Shown: in pieces, positions 37,756 to 50,646 of the stretch
How positions within the stretch are numbered: position 1 is the stretch's first letter
How the letters are laid out: every line of letters begins with the position of its first letter
NCBI RefSeq assembly: GCF_963921235.1
Contig: NC_086108.1
Span: 65,474,001-65,538,000, forward strand
Reading direction: 5' to 3'
Source: Mobula hypostoma
Lineage: Eukaryota
Length of the DNA stretch: 64,000 bases
Notes under the pieces: generated by a model
Told to the model about the DNA's origin: nothing
Seen by the model: only the letters and a program-made list of their open reading frames with translations
Database searches by the model: none
Translations under genes and position numbers: made by a program

Positions 37756-39094
37756 GGTAATCCAGGTTAATTAAACCCCAAGATGTAATGTTAGAAAGCT
37801 CCACTTGGGATAAAAACGAGGTTTATTTGATTCTGAGATGCATCCTGCGGTTGCGCTGGGCCACATCATCAGTGGTGTAACCTGGGGTCGTCGGGTGTTT
37901 CGGGTCTTTCAACATCATACGTCCTCGCCCAGGCAACCTAGCCGGGGTTGAAAAGAACTTGGGGAAAAAGCTGGCTGACACTGCGTGGCAAAGCGAGAGA
38001 TACACAGCAAACTATTAGAACAAATACTGTTAAAAGTGGAATTAGTGGTGAGTATCTGTACCCTACTTAATTGAAAACCTCAGGGTGAGACCTGTGGAGG
38101 AGAGATGATGGTGATAAAAGATCTATTGAAGCAACAGCTATAACAAGCAGCAGCTGTAACGAGATAATATCGGCAGAAATGAGTGTCCAAGATCTCTACC
38201 AGGTAACCTGGAATTAGTTCTGTTAAATCATACCAGGGGAATTGGTCAAGTTTTTTTTTTGGTACAAGTTTGTGAACTGACTTTCTGTGAATGATTAACT
38301 ATTTCATCCAATGAAACAAGAAACAAGATGGTGAGCCACCCAAGATCGAAGAACAAGCGTGGGAATGAAATGTTTAATGTTTAAAGCTCGGAATTTAATA
38401 TATGTTGATGCATAAGTTTATTTTCATTCAAAGGATCTGAATTTGATTTTCTTCAAGAACTGATTATTTTTGCAAAGATTTTGATAAGTTACTAAACGAG
38501 ATTTACTTTGTTTAAAAATTGTGATGTTGGAGAATTTGTCATAAAAGGAGTTAAGCTGTATTTGTATATATATAAACATAAACATATAAATATAATTTTT
38601 GAATTTGAATTTGTAGACATACTGACTGGAATTGAAATGGAAATTAACCATCATATTTAAGAATAGGAATTCAATAAGTTTTCTAACTAACTAGGGGTAA
38701 ATAAAAAGGGAAGGTTAGTCTGTAAACCTTTAAATAGGGAATAACTCTAGATCTAATTAGAGAAATTGGAGTAACAAAGGTTATTCTAATAAATCTCTGA
38801 TTCTAATTTAAAAGGAATTTGGTTTTTGTTTGATATCTGAGATTTGGAACCTAATCAGAATGTTGGAATTTTGAATTGTTTTACTCCTCATGTAAGTATT
38901 TTGTATATCTCGTTTTTTTTTATAAACAAAACTTGCGTTTAGAAGTGTGTGTTTTCTATTCACTATCTCCTTCTGATAACTAGAGCTTCTGATGGCCTAC
39001 GAGGACCTAGTGTAGTACTATGTAATTTGATTTTTCTCAGAAAGAGTGCGGCGACAAGTCACAGAGATAAGACCAGCGCTACACAGGTGTTACA
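37756..39094 (+). repeat. 3' LTR
   Basis: Follows the polypurine tract. Shares TAATTAAACCC..AGATGTAATGTTAGAAAGCTCCACTT and GAGATAAGACCAGCGCTAC with the 5' LTR. Confidence 0.88.
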
Positions 39095-39111
39095 AGTAGA
39101 TTCAAATTGCA

Positions 39112-39440
39112 GGGTCGCATGGTAGCTGGTAGGGCAACATGATAGCATAGTGGTTAGCCCATCACTCTACAGCGCCAGCGATAGCTAATCAGGGTTCAAT
39201 TCCCGGTGCTGCCTGTAAGCAATTTGTAAATTTACCCCATGACTACGTGAGCTGGCTCCAGGGGCTCCAGTTTCTTCCCACATTCCAAATATGTACCATT
39301 AGGGTTAGTTTTGAGCAAGCTTTGTTGGCACCAGAAACCCGGCGACACCTGCAGGCTGTCTAGCACAATTCTTACTGATTTGATTTGACACAAACAATGC
39401 ATTTCACTATATGATTCAATGTACAAATAAAGCTAATCTA
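39112..39440 (+). mobile_element. tRNA-derived V-domain SINE
   Basis: A-box-like TAGCATAGTGG and B box GGTTCAATTCC, V-domain-like GCTCCAGTTTCTTCCCACA, and an AATAAAGCTAATCT tail. Confidence 0.65.
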
Positions 39441-41474
39441 TCACCATAATCTGAAATACTGTCAACTGTATGAGTGTAAGTATGGTTGAAATACCAATAG
39501 GTGGGATTTTCCCGAGTAAACGTGTTGAGTCTGTGACTGTTCATTAGAACTTCACTAGTTCTGACTTCAGTGGTTTTCACAGACGCTGCCTGACTCACTG
39601 ATATTTTTCCAGAAATTTCTGTTTCTATTTCATATTTAAAGCATCTACAATTTTTATTTGATTTTCATTCTCTTACCACCAACTCAATCTCTGTCCTAAG
39701 CAACCATCAGAAATTGAACCAGACAGTTCCTAACTTTGCTTTCAAATCTGTGACGAGCTGATCCATACAACCACTTAGACTACATATTTTTCACTTCCAC
39801 TTCTCCAGACTATTGTTGGCCCTTCCCTGGAGAACTAAATCTGCCTGTAATAATAACAGTCTAAAACTCCTGTGTGAGAGGAACAAACTAAACTCCTAAT
39901 TCAGATCATGCATGGCTAAAGCCTATATCCGTCCTAGTCTTTGTTACCACCAGGCTTGACTATTCCCTCATTCAATCCTTTAAGAGCTTGAGGTGACCCA
40001 AACTCTGTTACTTGTGATCTCACAATAAGCCCTGATCACTCATTCTACCCCTCATCCAACCCCGTGTATGGTGATCAACTTGTCTCAGATACTTCCCTCA
40101 ATTTAAAGATTCTTTTTTTTTCCCAATTCTTTTCACAGTCTTATCCATTCCTATCTCATCCATCCTACAGTTCAAAGGTTTCAAAAGTTCAAAGGTACAT
40201 TTAATGTCAGAGAAATGTATACAATATTCATCCTGAAATTCTTTTTCTTTGCAACCATCCACAAAAACAGAGGAGTATTCCAAAGAATGAATGAATCATT
40301 AGAGTCATTAGAACCCCAAAGCCTCCCCCAGTTCCCCCCTCCCACGTAAGCAGCGGCAAAGCAATGATTCCCCCTCCCCCACCAGCAAAAACGCTGATTA
40401 GAATCAGCATTTTTTCCATTTGTGCCGCCTTGCTTTTCCTCAAATACAAATACTCCATGTTGTAGCTTTCTGTTTAACCAACAAGGCCGTTAGCTATGAG
40501 ATTCTATCTTAAGCCTCTTAGTTCCTCTACCTTGTAAGACCCTCTTCAAGTTATTAATTGTTTTCCCCAAGTATCTAAACCAAACTTTCATAATTACGTG
40601 ATGGTGAAGAACCTTAGGATAGATGTGCTGCTGTATAAATACATGTTTCTATATATTGTGTGTCAAATTAATCAACCTAAGCTTGAATGCTGTCAGGATG
40701 TTAGTGCATTTGAGCATGGAACACTGTGTTATTAATAAAATCTGTTGATTATTCAATTCTTCATTGAACGCCTGCCCTCTGAACCTTAAGTGGGAAGTAT
40801 TCTGACAAACTGAATCATTGAAAAAGTTTTTTTTCACATTGACATATACTTAAGTTATCAACTGGGAAGAGGACGAAGTGCTGTCAGAAAGAAATATATG
40901 GTTGTATTTTGTAGAGTCATCCTAATAAAATAGTATTGAATTTTTTATGATGTCGGTATTTAGCCTATTTATAAATGTTGGGAAACCATATTGTGCGGTT
41001 AATGAAAGTGAAATTCACTCCAGAGACAACAACGAACAATTGGTTGGATGTCTATTCAAGCTGCCTGATGGAACAGCGAGAGTTTGGTGCAGTGGGCAAA
41101 CCCTTGTTTCTAAGGCTTAGATACAGTGTTTTCAGTTGGTTGGCGGATACAGTGAGTGTAACACTGGGGGAGATGCGCTGAATGAAGAAGTGAGGAAATG
41201 GTGAGGAAATGGCAGAACTTTGGCATTCTTGTCTTCAAACAGGACTGAAAATCTGTACACATTTAGCACTGTCCACAGAACCCTCAGCTGATTGGGCAGT
41301 CGAGGTCAGGTGACCAAACATTTTGAAAAGCTCAAACAGATAAATAGAGCAATAGCTCAAGCGAAGCAGCCAGTGGAAAGTGGCCAGAGCGTGAGTGGGC
41401 CAGTGAAGGAGTGGAGCTTTGAGGCTTTGACGAGAAGAGGCGGAGGACAAGCTAGCTCGCAGTTAGTTTTTACA

Positions 41475-42414
41475 ATGTCTCCTGCGACGGTGATGTGCCT
41501 CTCATGTGAGATGTGGCAGTCTTGGGGGAACGCCCCTCTCCTACAGAGTCATATCTGCCAGAAGTGCATACGGCTGGGCGATCTGGAAGACCATGTAAGG
41601 AATCTGGAGCAGCAGCTGGATGACCTTCGACTCATAAGGGAGAATGAGGCAGTCATAGATGAGAGCTACAGGGAGGTAGTCACACCTAGGCTGTCGGAAG
41701 CAGGTCGTTGGGTGACAGTCAGAGGGAGGAAAGCAAAGGTGAGTAGACAGGTAATGCAGAGCACCCCTGTAGCCATTCCCCTGAATAATAAGTTATCATC
41801 CTGGATACTGTTGGTGGGGACGACCGACCAGGTGTGAGCCACGGTGGCAGGGCCTCTGGCACTGAGTCTGACCCTGTGGTGCAGAAGGGTGGGACGGAGA
41901 AGAGGAGAGCTGTCGTCATTGGAGACTCTATAGTCAGGGGAGCAGACAGGAGATTTTGTGGACGTGAGAAGGACACCCGCATGGTTTGTTGCCTCCTGGG
42001 TGCCAGGGTCCGGGATGTCTCTGACCGGGTGCATGACATCCTGGTACGAGAGGGAAAGCAACCAGAAGTCATGATACATGTTGGGACCAACGACATAGGC
42101 AGGAAGAGGGATGAGGTCCTGAAGTGTGAGTTTCGGGAATTAGGCAGAAGGCGAAGAACAGGACCTCAAGGGTGACGTTCTCAGGATTGCTGCCAGTGCT
42201 ACGTGACAGAGATGGTAAGAATTGGAGGAGATGGCAGTTGAATGCGTGGCTGAGGAGTTGGTGCAGGGAGCAGGGTTTTAGATTTTTAGATCATTGGGAT
42301 CTCTTCTGGGGAAGGTGGGACCTCTACAGATTGGATGGGTTGCACCTGAACTCGAGGGGGAGCAATATCCTTGCAGGTAGGTTTGCTAGCATGGTTCGGG
42401 AGGGTTTAAACTAA
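41475..42414 (+). pseudogene. CR1 ORF1 (esterase-type), two frameshifts near 41810-41835 and 42150-42175
   Basis: Split across ORFs 41292..41837, 41834..42175 and 42172..42414; all SGNH blocks are present. Confidence 0.85.
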
Positions 42415-42449
42415 TTTGCGAGGGGGATGGGACCCAGAGCGATAGAACA

Positions 42450-45331
42450 GTGAAAGAAGTGCATGGAGTAAAGCCAGATCTAACATACAGAGAGACTTTG
42501 AGGAAAGAGAAGCAGAATAAATGGAGTAAAGACAGTAAGGTAGAAGGGCTGAAATGTGTGTACCTCAATGCAAGAAGCATCAGGAACAAAGGTGATGAAC
42601 TGAGAGCTTGGATACATACATGGAATTATGATGCAGTGGCCATTACAGAGACTTGGCTGGCACCAGGGCAGGAATGGATTCTCAATATTCCTGGATTTCA
42701 GTGCTTTAAAAGGGATAGAGAGGGCGGAAAAAGGGGAGGAGGGGTGGCATTACTGGTCAGGGATACTATTACAGCTACAGAAAGGGTGGGTAATGTAGCA
42801 GGATCCTCTTTTGAGTCAATATGGGTGGAAGTCAGGAACAGGAAGGGAGCAGTTACTCTACTGGGGGTATTCTATAGGCCCCCTGGTAGCAGCAGAGATA
42901 CAGAGGAGCAGATTGGGAGGCAGATTTTGGAAAGGTGCAAAAATAACAGGGTTGTTATCATGGGTGACTTTAACTTCCCTAATATTGATTGGCACCTGAT
43001 TAGTTCCAAGGGTTTAGATGAGGCAGAATTTGTTAAGTGTGTCCAGGATGGATTCCTGTCACAGTATGTGGACAGGCCGACCAGGGGGAATGCCATACTA
43101 GATCTAGTACTAGGTAATGAACCGGGTCAGGTCACAGATCTCTCAGTGGGTGAGCATCTGGGGGACAGTGACCACTGCTCCCTGGCTTTTATAATTATCA
43201 TGGAAAAGGATAGAATCAAAGAGGACAGGAAAATTTTTAATTGGGGAAAGGCAAATTATGAGGCTATAAGGCTAGAACTTGCGGGTGTGAATTGGGATGA
43301 TGTTTTTGCAGGGAAATGTACTGTGGGCATATGGTCGATGTTTAGAGATCTCTTGCGGGATGTAAGGGATAAATTTGTCCTGGTGAGGAAGATAAATAAT
43401 GGTAAGGTGAAGGAACCATGGAGGTGGAAAATCTGGTCAGGTGGAAGAAGGCAGCATACATGAGGTTTAGGAAGCAAGGATCAGATGGGTCTATTGAGGA
43501 ATATAGGGAAGCAAGAAAGGAGCTTAAGAAGGGGCTGAGAAGAGCAAGAAGGGGGCAGGAGAAGGCCTTGGCGAGTAGGGTAAAGGAAAACCCCGAGGCA
43601 TTCTTTAATTATGTGAAGAAAAAAAGGATGACAGGAGTGAAGGTAGGACCAATTAGAGATAAAGGTGGGAAGATGTGCCTGGAGGCTGTGGAAGTGAGCG
43701 AGATCCTCAATGAATACTTCTGTTCGGTATTCACCAATGAGAGGGAACTTGATGATGGTGAGGACAATATGAGTGAGGTTGATGTTCTGGAGCATGTTGA
43801 TATTAAGGGAGAGGAGGTGTTGGAGTTGTTAAAATACATTAGGACGGATAAGTCCCCGGGTCCTGACGGACTATTCCCCAGGCTGCTCCACGAGGCGAGA
43901 GAAGAGATTGCTGAGCCTCTGGCTAGGATCTTTATGTCCTCATTGTCCACGGGAATGGTACCGGAGGACTGGAGGGAGGCGAATGTTGTTCCCTTGTTCA
44001 AAAAAGGTAGTAGGGATAGTCCGGGTAATTATAGACCAGTGAGCCTTACGTCTGTGGTGGGAAAGCTGTTGGAAAAGATTCTTAGAGATAGGATCTGTAG
44101 GCATTTAGAGAATCATGGTCTGATCAGGGACAGTAAGCATGGCTTTGTGAAGGGCAGATTATGTCTAACAAGCCTGATAGAGTTCTTTGAGGAGGTGACC
44201 AGGCATATAGATGAGGGTAGTGCAGTGGATGTGATCTATATGGATCTTAGTAAGGCATTTGACAAGGTTCCACACAGTAGGCTTATTCAGAAAGTTAGAA
44301 GGCATGGGATCCAGGGAAGTTTGGCCAGGTGGATTCAGAATTGGCTTGCCTGCAGAAGGCAGAGGGTGATGGTGGAGGGAGTACATTCAGATTGGAGGAT
44401 TGTGACTAGTGGTGTCCCACAAGGATCAGTTCTGGGACTTCTACTTTTCGTGATTTTTATTAACGACCTGGATGTGGGGGTAGAAGGGTGGATTGGCAAA
44501 TTTTCAGACGACACAAAGGTTGGTGGTGTTGTAGATAGTGTAGCGGATTGTCAAAGATTGCAGAGAGACATTGATAGGATGCAGAAGTGGGCTGAGAAGT
44601 GGCAGATGGAGTTTAACCCGGAGAAGTGTGAGGTGGTACACTTTGGAAGGACAAACTCCAAGGCAGAGTACAAAGTAAATGGCAGGATACTTGGTAGTGT
44701 CGAGGAGCAGAGGGATCTCGGGGTACATGTCCACAGATCCCTGAAAGTTGCCTCACAAGTGGATAGGGTAGTTAAGAAAGCTTATGGGGTGTTAGCTTTC
44801 ATAAGTCGAGGGATAGAGTTTAAGAGTCGCGATGTAATGATGTAGCTCTATAAAACTTTGGTTAGGCCACACTTGGAGTACTGTGTCCAGTTCTGGTCAC
44901 CTCACTATCGGAAGGATGTGGAAGCATTGGAAAGGGTACAGAGGAGATTTACTAGGTTGCTGCCTGGTTTAGAAAGTATGCATTATGATCAGAGATTAAG
45001 GGAGCTAGGGCTTTACTCTTTGGAGAGAAGGAGGATGAGAGGAGACATGATAGAGGTGTACAAGATAATAAAAGGAATAGATAGAGTGGATAGCGAACAC
45101 CTCTTCCCCAGGGCACCACTGCTCAATACAAGAGGACATGGCTTCAAGGTAAGGGGTGGGAAGTTCAAGGGAGATATTAGAGGAAGGTTTTTTACTCAGA
45201 GAGTGGTTGGTGCGTGGAATGCACTGCCTGAGTCAGTGGTGGAGGCAGATACACTAGTGGAATTTAAGAGACTACTAGACAGGTATATGGAGGAATTTAA
45301 GGTGGGGGCTTATATGGGAGGCAGGGTTTGA
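42450..45331 (+). pseudogene. CR1 ORF2 (APE + RT), one frameshift near 43420 and one in-frame TAG at 44843-44845
   Basis: ORFs 42450..43463, 43418..44845 and 44858..45331 are collinear. Confidence 0.92.
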
Positions 45332-45885
45332 GGGTCAGCACAACATTGTGGGCCGAAGGGCCTGTACTGTGCTGTTCTATTCTATGTTCTATGTTCTATT
45401 CTAGTGCTTTTAATTCTCAAGTCTGAATACTCATGGATATAATCTCCATTGAGCTTTGACAAAGAAGTATTGAGCATTGAATAGTACATTATAGGAATTG
45501 GCCCTCCATGTCACCATGTCTATGTCAATAATGCTAATCTAAGCAATCTCATTTACCTTATACAGTACATGGTTTGCATCCCTCTATTGCCTAATCCCCT
45601 ACTTGTTTATTTCCCTGTCTATATGTCTCTGAAACATTAGTGTGCTCGAGCTGTGCAATAATGCCTGAAGAACCAGTCAACGTGCACCCTATCGCTTTCC
45701 CCCATCACTTCACAGTACTGTGCTGGAATCTGAGAGAGCCCTCTGCTTCTCTCACAACAAATGATTGGTGAGAACTAGCTATCTGCGAAGAGTGGTGTTG
45801 GATGGAAATTCAGGGCAAAGGAGAGCTGTGCAGAAAGAGGGGAGAGAGTAACTTCCATCCTTCAGTCGGCACTCATTTGGAAGTA

Positions 45886-46039
45886 CAGGTCAACCTTCAC
45901 TAATCCGACTACTTGTAATCCGATTCCTTCGATAATCCGGCACTGATTATGCTTAATGTGATCCTTCTGTAATTCGGCATTTTCACTAATCCGGCACTCC
46001 TCAGGTCTCAAAGGGGCTGCATTAGTGAAGGTCGACCTG
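45886..46039. mobile_element. 154-bp Tigger/pogo-type MITE with TA TSD
   Basis: TA|CAGGTCAACCTTCACTAAT...ATTAGTGAAGGTCGACCTG|TA: 19-bp TIR with one mismatch and internal TAATCCG repeats. Confidence 0.88.
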
Positions 46040-48209
46040 TAATAGGAGTGAAGTTACTATGCTGGTAGGGTGCTGCCCAACACTCAGTGCTCAACAGTTG
46101 TACGTCTTGCCCAAGCCCTCTCAGATAGCTCTGGCACAGTAACACACAGCAGCAACAGAAAAGGCAGGGGATTGCTCGAGGTTCCACACACAACAGTGCT
46201 GTTAGTATTATCTTGCTGAATACTCAATACAATATTGACACAGATTACTGCAGATTCCATTAGCACTCTCGTTTCTGGGAATAAATTCTGAGCACCCAAG
46301 TGAGTTATCCAGTGTGGCTCATGAATGATCCACAGAATTGGTTAGAATTGTACATTCACTTGCAGTGTCTTTCTTCTGTTTCAGCATTCTGGCACAGCAA
46401 GTTGTGCAGCATTTCATTCTCATGAACGTCAGTGTGCAAGTGTGCAGATCTGTTTAACTTAGTTAATCAGTAGAGTAGGCTTAATAATGAAACTGTTTCA
46501 CATATCATTTACTCTGTGGAATGGACCTGGAAAAAACCTGTTTTCAGTTTTTATATCTTGCTTCGATTTGCAGTTTTCATGCTGAAAGAACAACTTAATT
46601 TAAACAATATTGTATTCAACAAAAATGTTGTTTCTTCCTTTCAATGTTTTGTGGGCTCCTAAGACTGGTTAGAAACAGTCTCTTATCTCATAACAATATA
46701 AGTATGAATAATAAACAAAAAGAACAGGAAGTGTAAATTTGACCATATAATTTAATACTGAAATTCAGTACTTCTAGCCTTTCAGCCTCAGTCTTATCCT
46801 TAGAGTGTTTTCATTCCACCCAGAAAATACTGTTGAAAGGACAGGATTGATTAAAAGAATTAGCGGGGGTGAGGTGGGGGGTGGGGGCAAGGGCAGACTT
46901 ACTCCAGAGTCTGGGCTTCTTTTCTGCTAATGTTACTTCTGCAGTTATCTCATTCCAGTAAAATGCTGTGTTTTCTTCTGTTACTTGATGAAAATGTAAA
47001 GCTAGTACAGAGAAACAGATGTCCAATTTAAAGACTAGTACAAAGTTCTTTCTGTGAAATATAGGAAAATAAGGAAATCCTGGAAGCACTCAGTAAGTCA
47101 GGTAGCATCTATGTAAAGAGAAGGAGTTAACATTTCAATCCTAAGTCCCTTCATTCACAATCCCTCCATTTTCAGTTTAAAAATTTTTTTTTCCTACATT
47201 CCTCTGGGTTGTCAGCACTAATTTACAGCTTTAAAGTGCCAAGAAAGTCCAAAGCAATTCACCACAATATTATCTAGTAAGAGAGAAGAGTCCAGGAGGG
47301 ATCTTGAAAGAAACCAGGAAGGGGGAGAATTAAGGTAAAGTACGAGACTGGGCTTGGTTCTGTAGCAGCACTGACATATATGCAGGCAAATAGGCATTAA
47401 TCCTTTGTCTTGGGGATTCACCTGCCATCTTTTGACAATAGAGCATGAAGCACGACAGATAAAAACAGATGATTACATTCGGGAAATTAATAGAGCACTA
47501 GGGCAAACTTTTATGTGGATCAGAAGATGAGTCAAAGTAAGTAAAATGCTTCACTGATGCGGAAAAAGTATACCTTGCTTGTAATTAACAAAGGAAATTT
47601 GTGTTAATTGAATTAAACAGCTTTAATTATAACTGTTAATCTGCTGCGGGATAAAGCTTAATAATTGTATCTGGCCAGGTGTTTTCTTGATCCACTTTTA
47701 AAAAAGCTTGGAGAGATACGTTGTCAGTGTGGTGTGGCAGAATTATGCGTTTCAGAATGCTGGATGATTTCATTGATAAATTTTAGGGTTATGCTATATT
47801 ATAATGTTGTCAGTTGGAAGACTTAAACCCATTTTGAATACAACCAGCATTGTTTGAACTAGTGTATTTCCTTGGAACAGTGAAACCTTTTGTTCACCAC
47901 TTGCCTGCCAGCTAAACTAGATCTTACCTTGAGTGGATCCTCTTCAAAGCAAGTTGTGACCTGATTGGCAAGGCCCTGCCAGGCACAGAGCCTTTCATTC
48001 ACGTATTTCATGATTAAAAGCTTTGATAGCTATTTAAGTCCTATCCCTGTACTATATACTTGCTGTAAATCAGACTTGTCAAACAGCTTAAATATTTATG
48101 AATTTCAGAAGTAGACACAAAATATATCATTAATAAATATGCAGTTGGAAACAATTAAATTACAGAAAAAAATCCAAAATCACTAGAAAGCACTTAAGCA
48201 ATTATGCCA

Positions 48210-48600
48210 ATAAGATCATAAGATATAAGATATAAGATATAGGAGCAGAATTAGGCCACTTTGCCTGCCAAGTCTGCTCCGACATTTCGTCATGGCTGAT
48301 CTATTTCCCTCTCAGCCCCAGTCTTCTGCCTTCTCCATGTAACCCTTCATGCCCTGACAAATCAAGAACCTATCAAATTCTGCCTTAAGTATACCCAATG
48401 ACTTGGCCTCCACAGCTGCCTAGGGCAACAAATTCCATAGATTCACCATTCTCTGGCTCAAGAAATTCCTCCTCATCTCTGTTCTAAATGGGCATCCCTC
48501 TATTCTGAGGTTGTGTCCTCTGGTCTTAAACTCTCTCATAATAGGAAACATCCTTTCCACATCTACTCTGTTGAGGCCTTTCAACATTTGATAAGTTTCC
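48210..48600 (-). mobile_element. CR1 3' fragment
   Basis: ORF 48420..48617 reads LKGLNRVDVERMFP..TRGHNLRI; tail (ATAAGAT)n. Confidence 0.85.
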
Positions 48601-48634
48601 ACGTCTCTCTCCCTCACAGTCTCTTTTTAAAAAT

Positions 48635-49470
48635 GAATGCCATCCAGGCATGGATAGAAGATTGGCTGGCAAACAAAACTGAGTCAGCATTAATTACTCT
48701 TTTTCTGGTTGATGAGTGTAACAAGTGTTAAGCCACAGAGACTGATGCCTGGGCTGCAATTTTTTACAATTTATAAAAATGTCTCAGTTGCTAAATTTGT
48801 TAATGACACAAAGATAAAAAGGAAAGTAAGTTTTGAAGAGGATTAAGGAGGATACAAAGGCACGTAAATAGGTTTAGTGATCGGGCGTATATTTGGAAAA
48901 AGATGTTTAAAATATGAAATCATTCATATTGGCTGGGAAAAGCTGGGATATTATTAGGAGGATTGAATTCAAAAGTGGTGAGATTATATTTCAGGAATAT
49001 AGGGCATTGTTGAGATCACATCTTGAGTACTTTATTGGTCTTATTACTTAAGGAACAATGTGAATGTAGTAGAAATAATTAAGAGCAAGTGTACCTGGAA
49101 TGGGTGTGTTGGCACATGCATAAAGTTTTGACAAACTAAGCTTGTGTCCACTGCAGTTTAGAAGAGTTCGAGGAAACTTGATGGAAATATTCATACTCTG
49201 GGCACTTGACAAGGTGGATGTGGAGATGATGTTCCTTTTATGGCAGAAAATAGAACTAGGGTTCATCGTTTAAAATAAAGAGGTTGCAATTTAAAATCAA
49301 GTTCAGGAAAGTTGTTTTTCTCTCTGTCAAAGGGCTATAAGTCTTTGGAACCTCCTTAAAGAGGGGTGGGAGTTGGGTTTGTCAAGATTTTTAAACAGAG
49401 GTAGCTAGATTTGTGCAATTACATGTGCAAGAAATTGGGAATGCAGAGCTGAGGCTACATCCTGTTGAAT
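48635..49470 (+). mobile_element. Old, highly degenerate CR1 fragment
   Basis: Remnants gcatggatagaagattggctgg, gctaaatttgttaatgacacaaagata and cttgacaaggtggatgtggagatgatgttcc. Confidence 0.6.
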
Positions 49471-50249
49471 AATCGAGGAGATGGCCTCTTTAAGGCTGGC
49501 AACAGCTAGGACACTAGCTTAAGCAGTGAAAAGAATTTGCTCTGCTTACAGTCTGTATAGCTCCATTTATGCAGGGTAACCAAAGTTAAAATCTGTGCCT
49601 GTATATGTCAACTGTTTAGTTTCATTCTTCCCTTGAGTGAACATGTCTTCTGTTATGCTATGTTTTATGCTGCAATAAAGATTTGCTGCAGTGCCAATAT
49701 TTATTTATTTATTTTCATTCAAAATTACTGCAGTGGTTTTCAAAGATTTGCTATTTGTATATAAATTCTTATCCAATAGCTGATCATTCATAGACTCTGT
49801 AAAAATTGATTATGGAGGACAATTATTTAAAGCCCCATGATTCTGTGATGGTAAAATGTTCAAGATAATATAATGAGTTAATATATTTTTTTTAAAACAT
49901 ACTTTATTAAAATGCATATTTTGTTTGATATCATGATAGTATGCTTAAGATTGCCGCTCGCTAACCTTGTTTGGGCACTAGACATTAAATTCTCTAATCT
50001 TGTTCAGATTGCATCAACATTTAAAGAAATATTAGATTTTCCTAAATTAACATGTCAGAATTATCTGACCCAAGTTTTATATATAATTTTTTATCAAAAA
50101 TAACTGCTATTTTGATGCACAGTCAGATGAAAAAATATAATAGATGCAAATTACAGGTACTTACAAAGCAAGAGTACTGGCCACGAGCACCATATAAAAT
50201 ACAGCATAATATGACATCATTGTTTGTTTGCGAACACGAATCAATCTAG

Positions 50250-50624
50250 AGATCTGAAAAGAGCTGTTAGTGTAACGTTGTTAGAACAGACTAGGCTGGC
50301 AGGCCTTAGAAACACTCCTTGACTGGATAAGTGCTGGCGATCATTGCAGTGCTTTGATGCTGTTCTCTCCTACTGTCTTCTGCTTGTTTCATTAACTTGG
50401 TACACAATTAAATGTGCTGGCATGCCATGTCACTTGGTATTAAATTAGGATAATTGATTGTTGGTGATAAGCGAAGAAGACATGACGGCTTGCCCTTAAG
50501 GAGAACATTCTCACGAGATTTCTCATGAGTGATTGGAAAGCAGAGGGACAGACTTTCAGACCTCAGTAGCAACTGCACATTTTATGTCAGGGATGCAATT
50601 GTCTGACAATTAACTGGAGCAGGC
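50250..50624 (+). promoter_or_regulatory. Putative internal promoter / 5' UTR of the CIPP-like isoform
   Basis: Unique, repeat-free and less AT-rich than its flanks, directly upstream of the MVQGGFP exon. Contains TCTCACGAGA (50509-50518) and TCTCATGAGT (50521-50530). Boundaries are approximate. Confidence 0.5.
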
Positions 50625-50646
50625 ATGGTGCAAGGTGGGTTTCCAG
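50625..50646 (+). CDS. PATJ: Coding part of an alternative first exon of the short PATJ isoform (CIPP-like): M-V-Q-G-G-F-P + G, phase 1
   Basis: gcaggcATGG is a strong Kozak context. ATG GTG CAA GGT GGG TTT CCA G|GTAAGA ends in a strong donor of the same phase as the 32312 donor. It resembles the recalled rodent CIPP N-terminus MVHGGFPEKIRQRY. Confidence 0.8.

Larger units (their letters stand above)
32424..39094 (+). mobile_element. Gypsy/Ty3 LTR retrotransposon, degenerate, lacking protease/RT/RNase H
   Basis: TG...CA ends (TGTAACC at 32424; TGTTACA at 39094) and 4-bp TSD AGTA. Gag zinc-knuckle remnant WYCFKGGEDGHVASCC, integrase H2C2 (RTLDLVRSRFGWP...CSRC) and rve remnants (HFTKYALAIPT.NQKAKTVA). 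PPT AAGGGGGGAGGG at ~37745. Confidence 0.93.
41280..45402 (+). mobile_element. Near-full-length young CR1 LINE (ORF1 zinc finger/coiled coil/SGNH esterase; ORF2 APE endonuclease + RT) with few disabling mutations
   Basis: ORF1 starts at ATG 41475 (CLSC..CQKC; GDS, GTND, DGLH). ORF2 has NARSI, AITETW, GDFN, SDH, NYRPVSL, GVPQGSVLG, FSDD. Tail (TTCTATG)n. The 5' boundary is approximate. Confidence 0.95.

Noticed and set aside
41068..41157. ATG...ACA|GTGAGT (MEQREFGAVGKPLFLRLRYSVFSWLADT) as another alternative first exon
   Set aside because: It ends in phase 0, whereas this intron requires phase 1, and the phase-1 frame has a TAG at 41118-41120.
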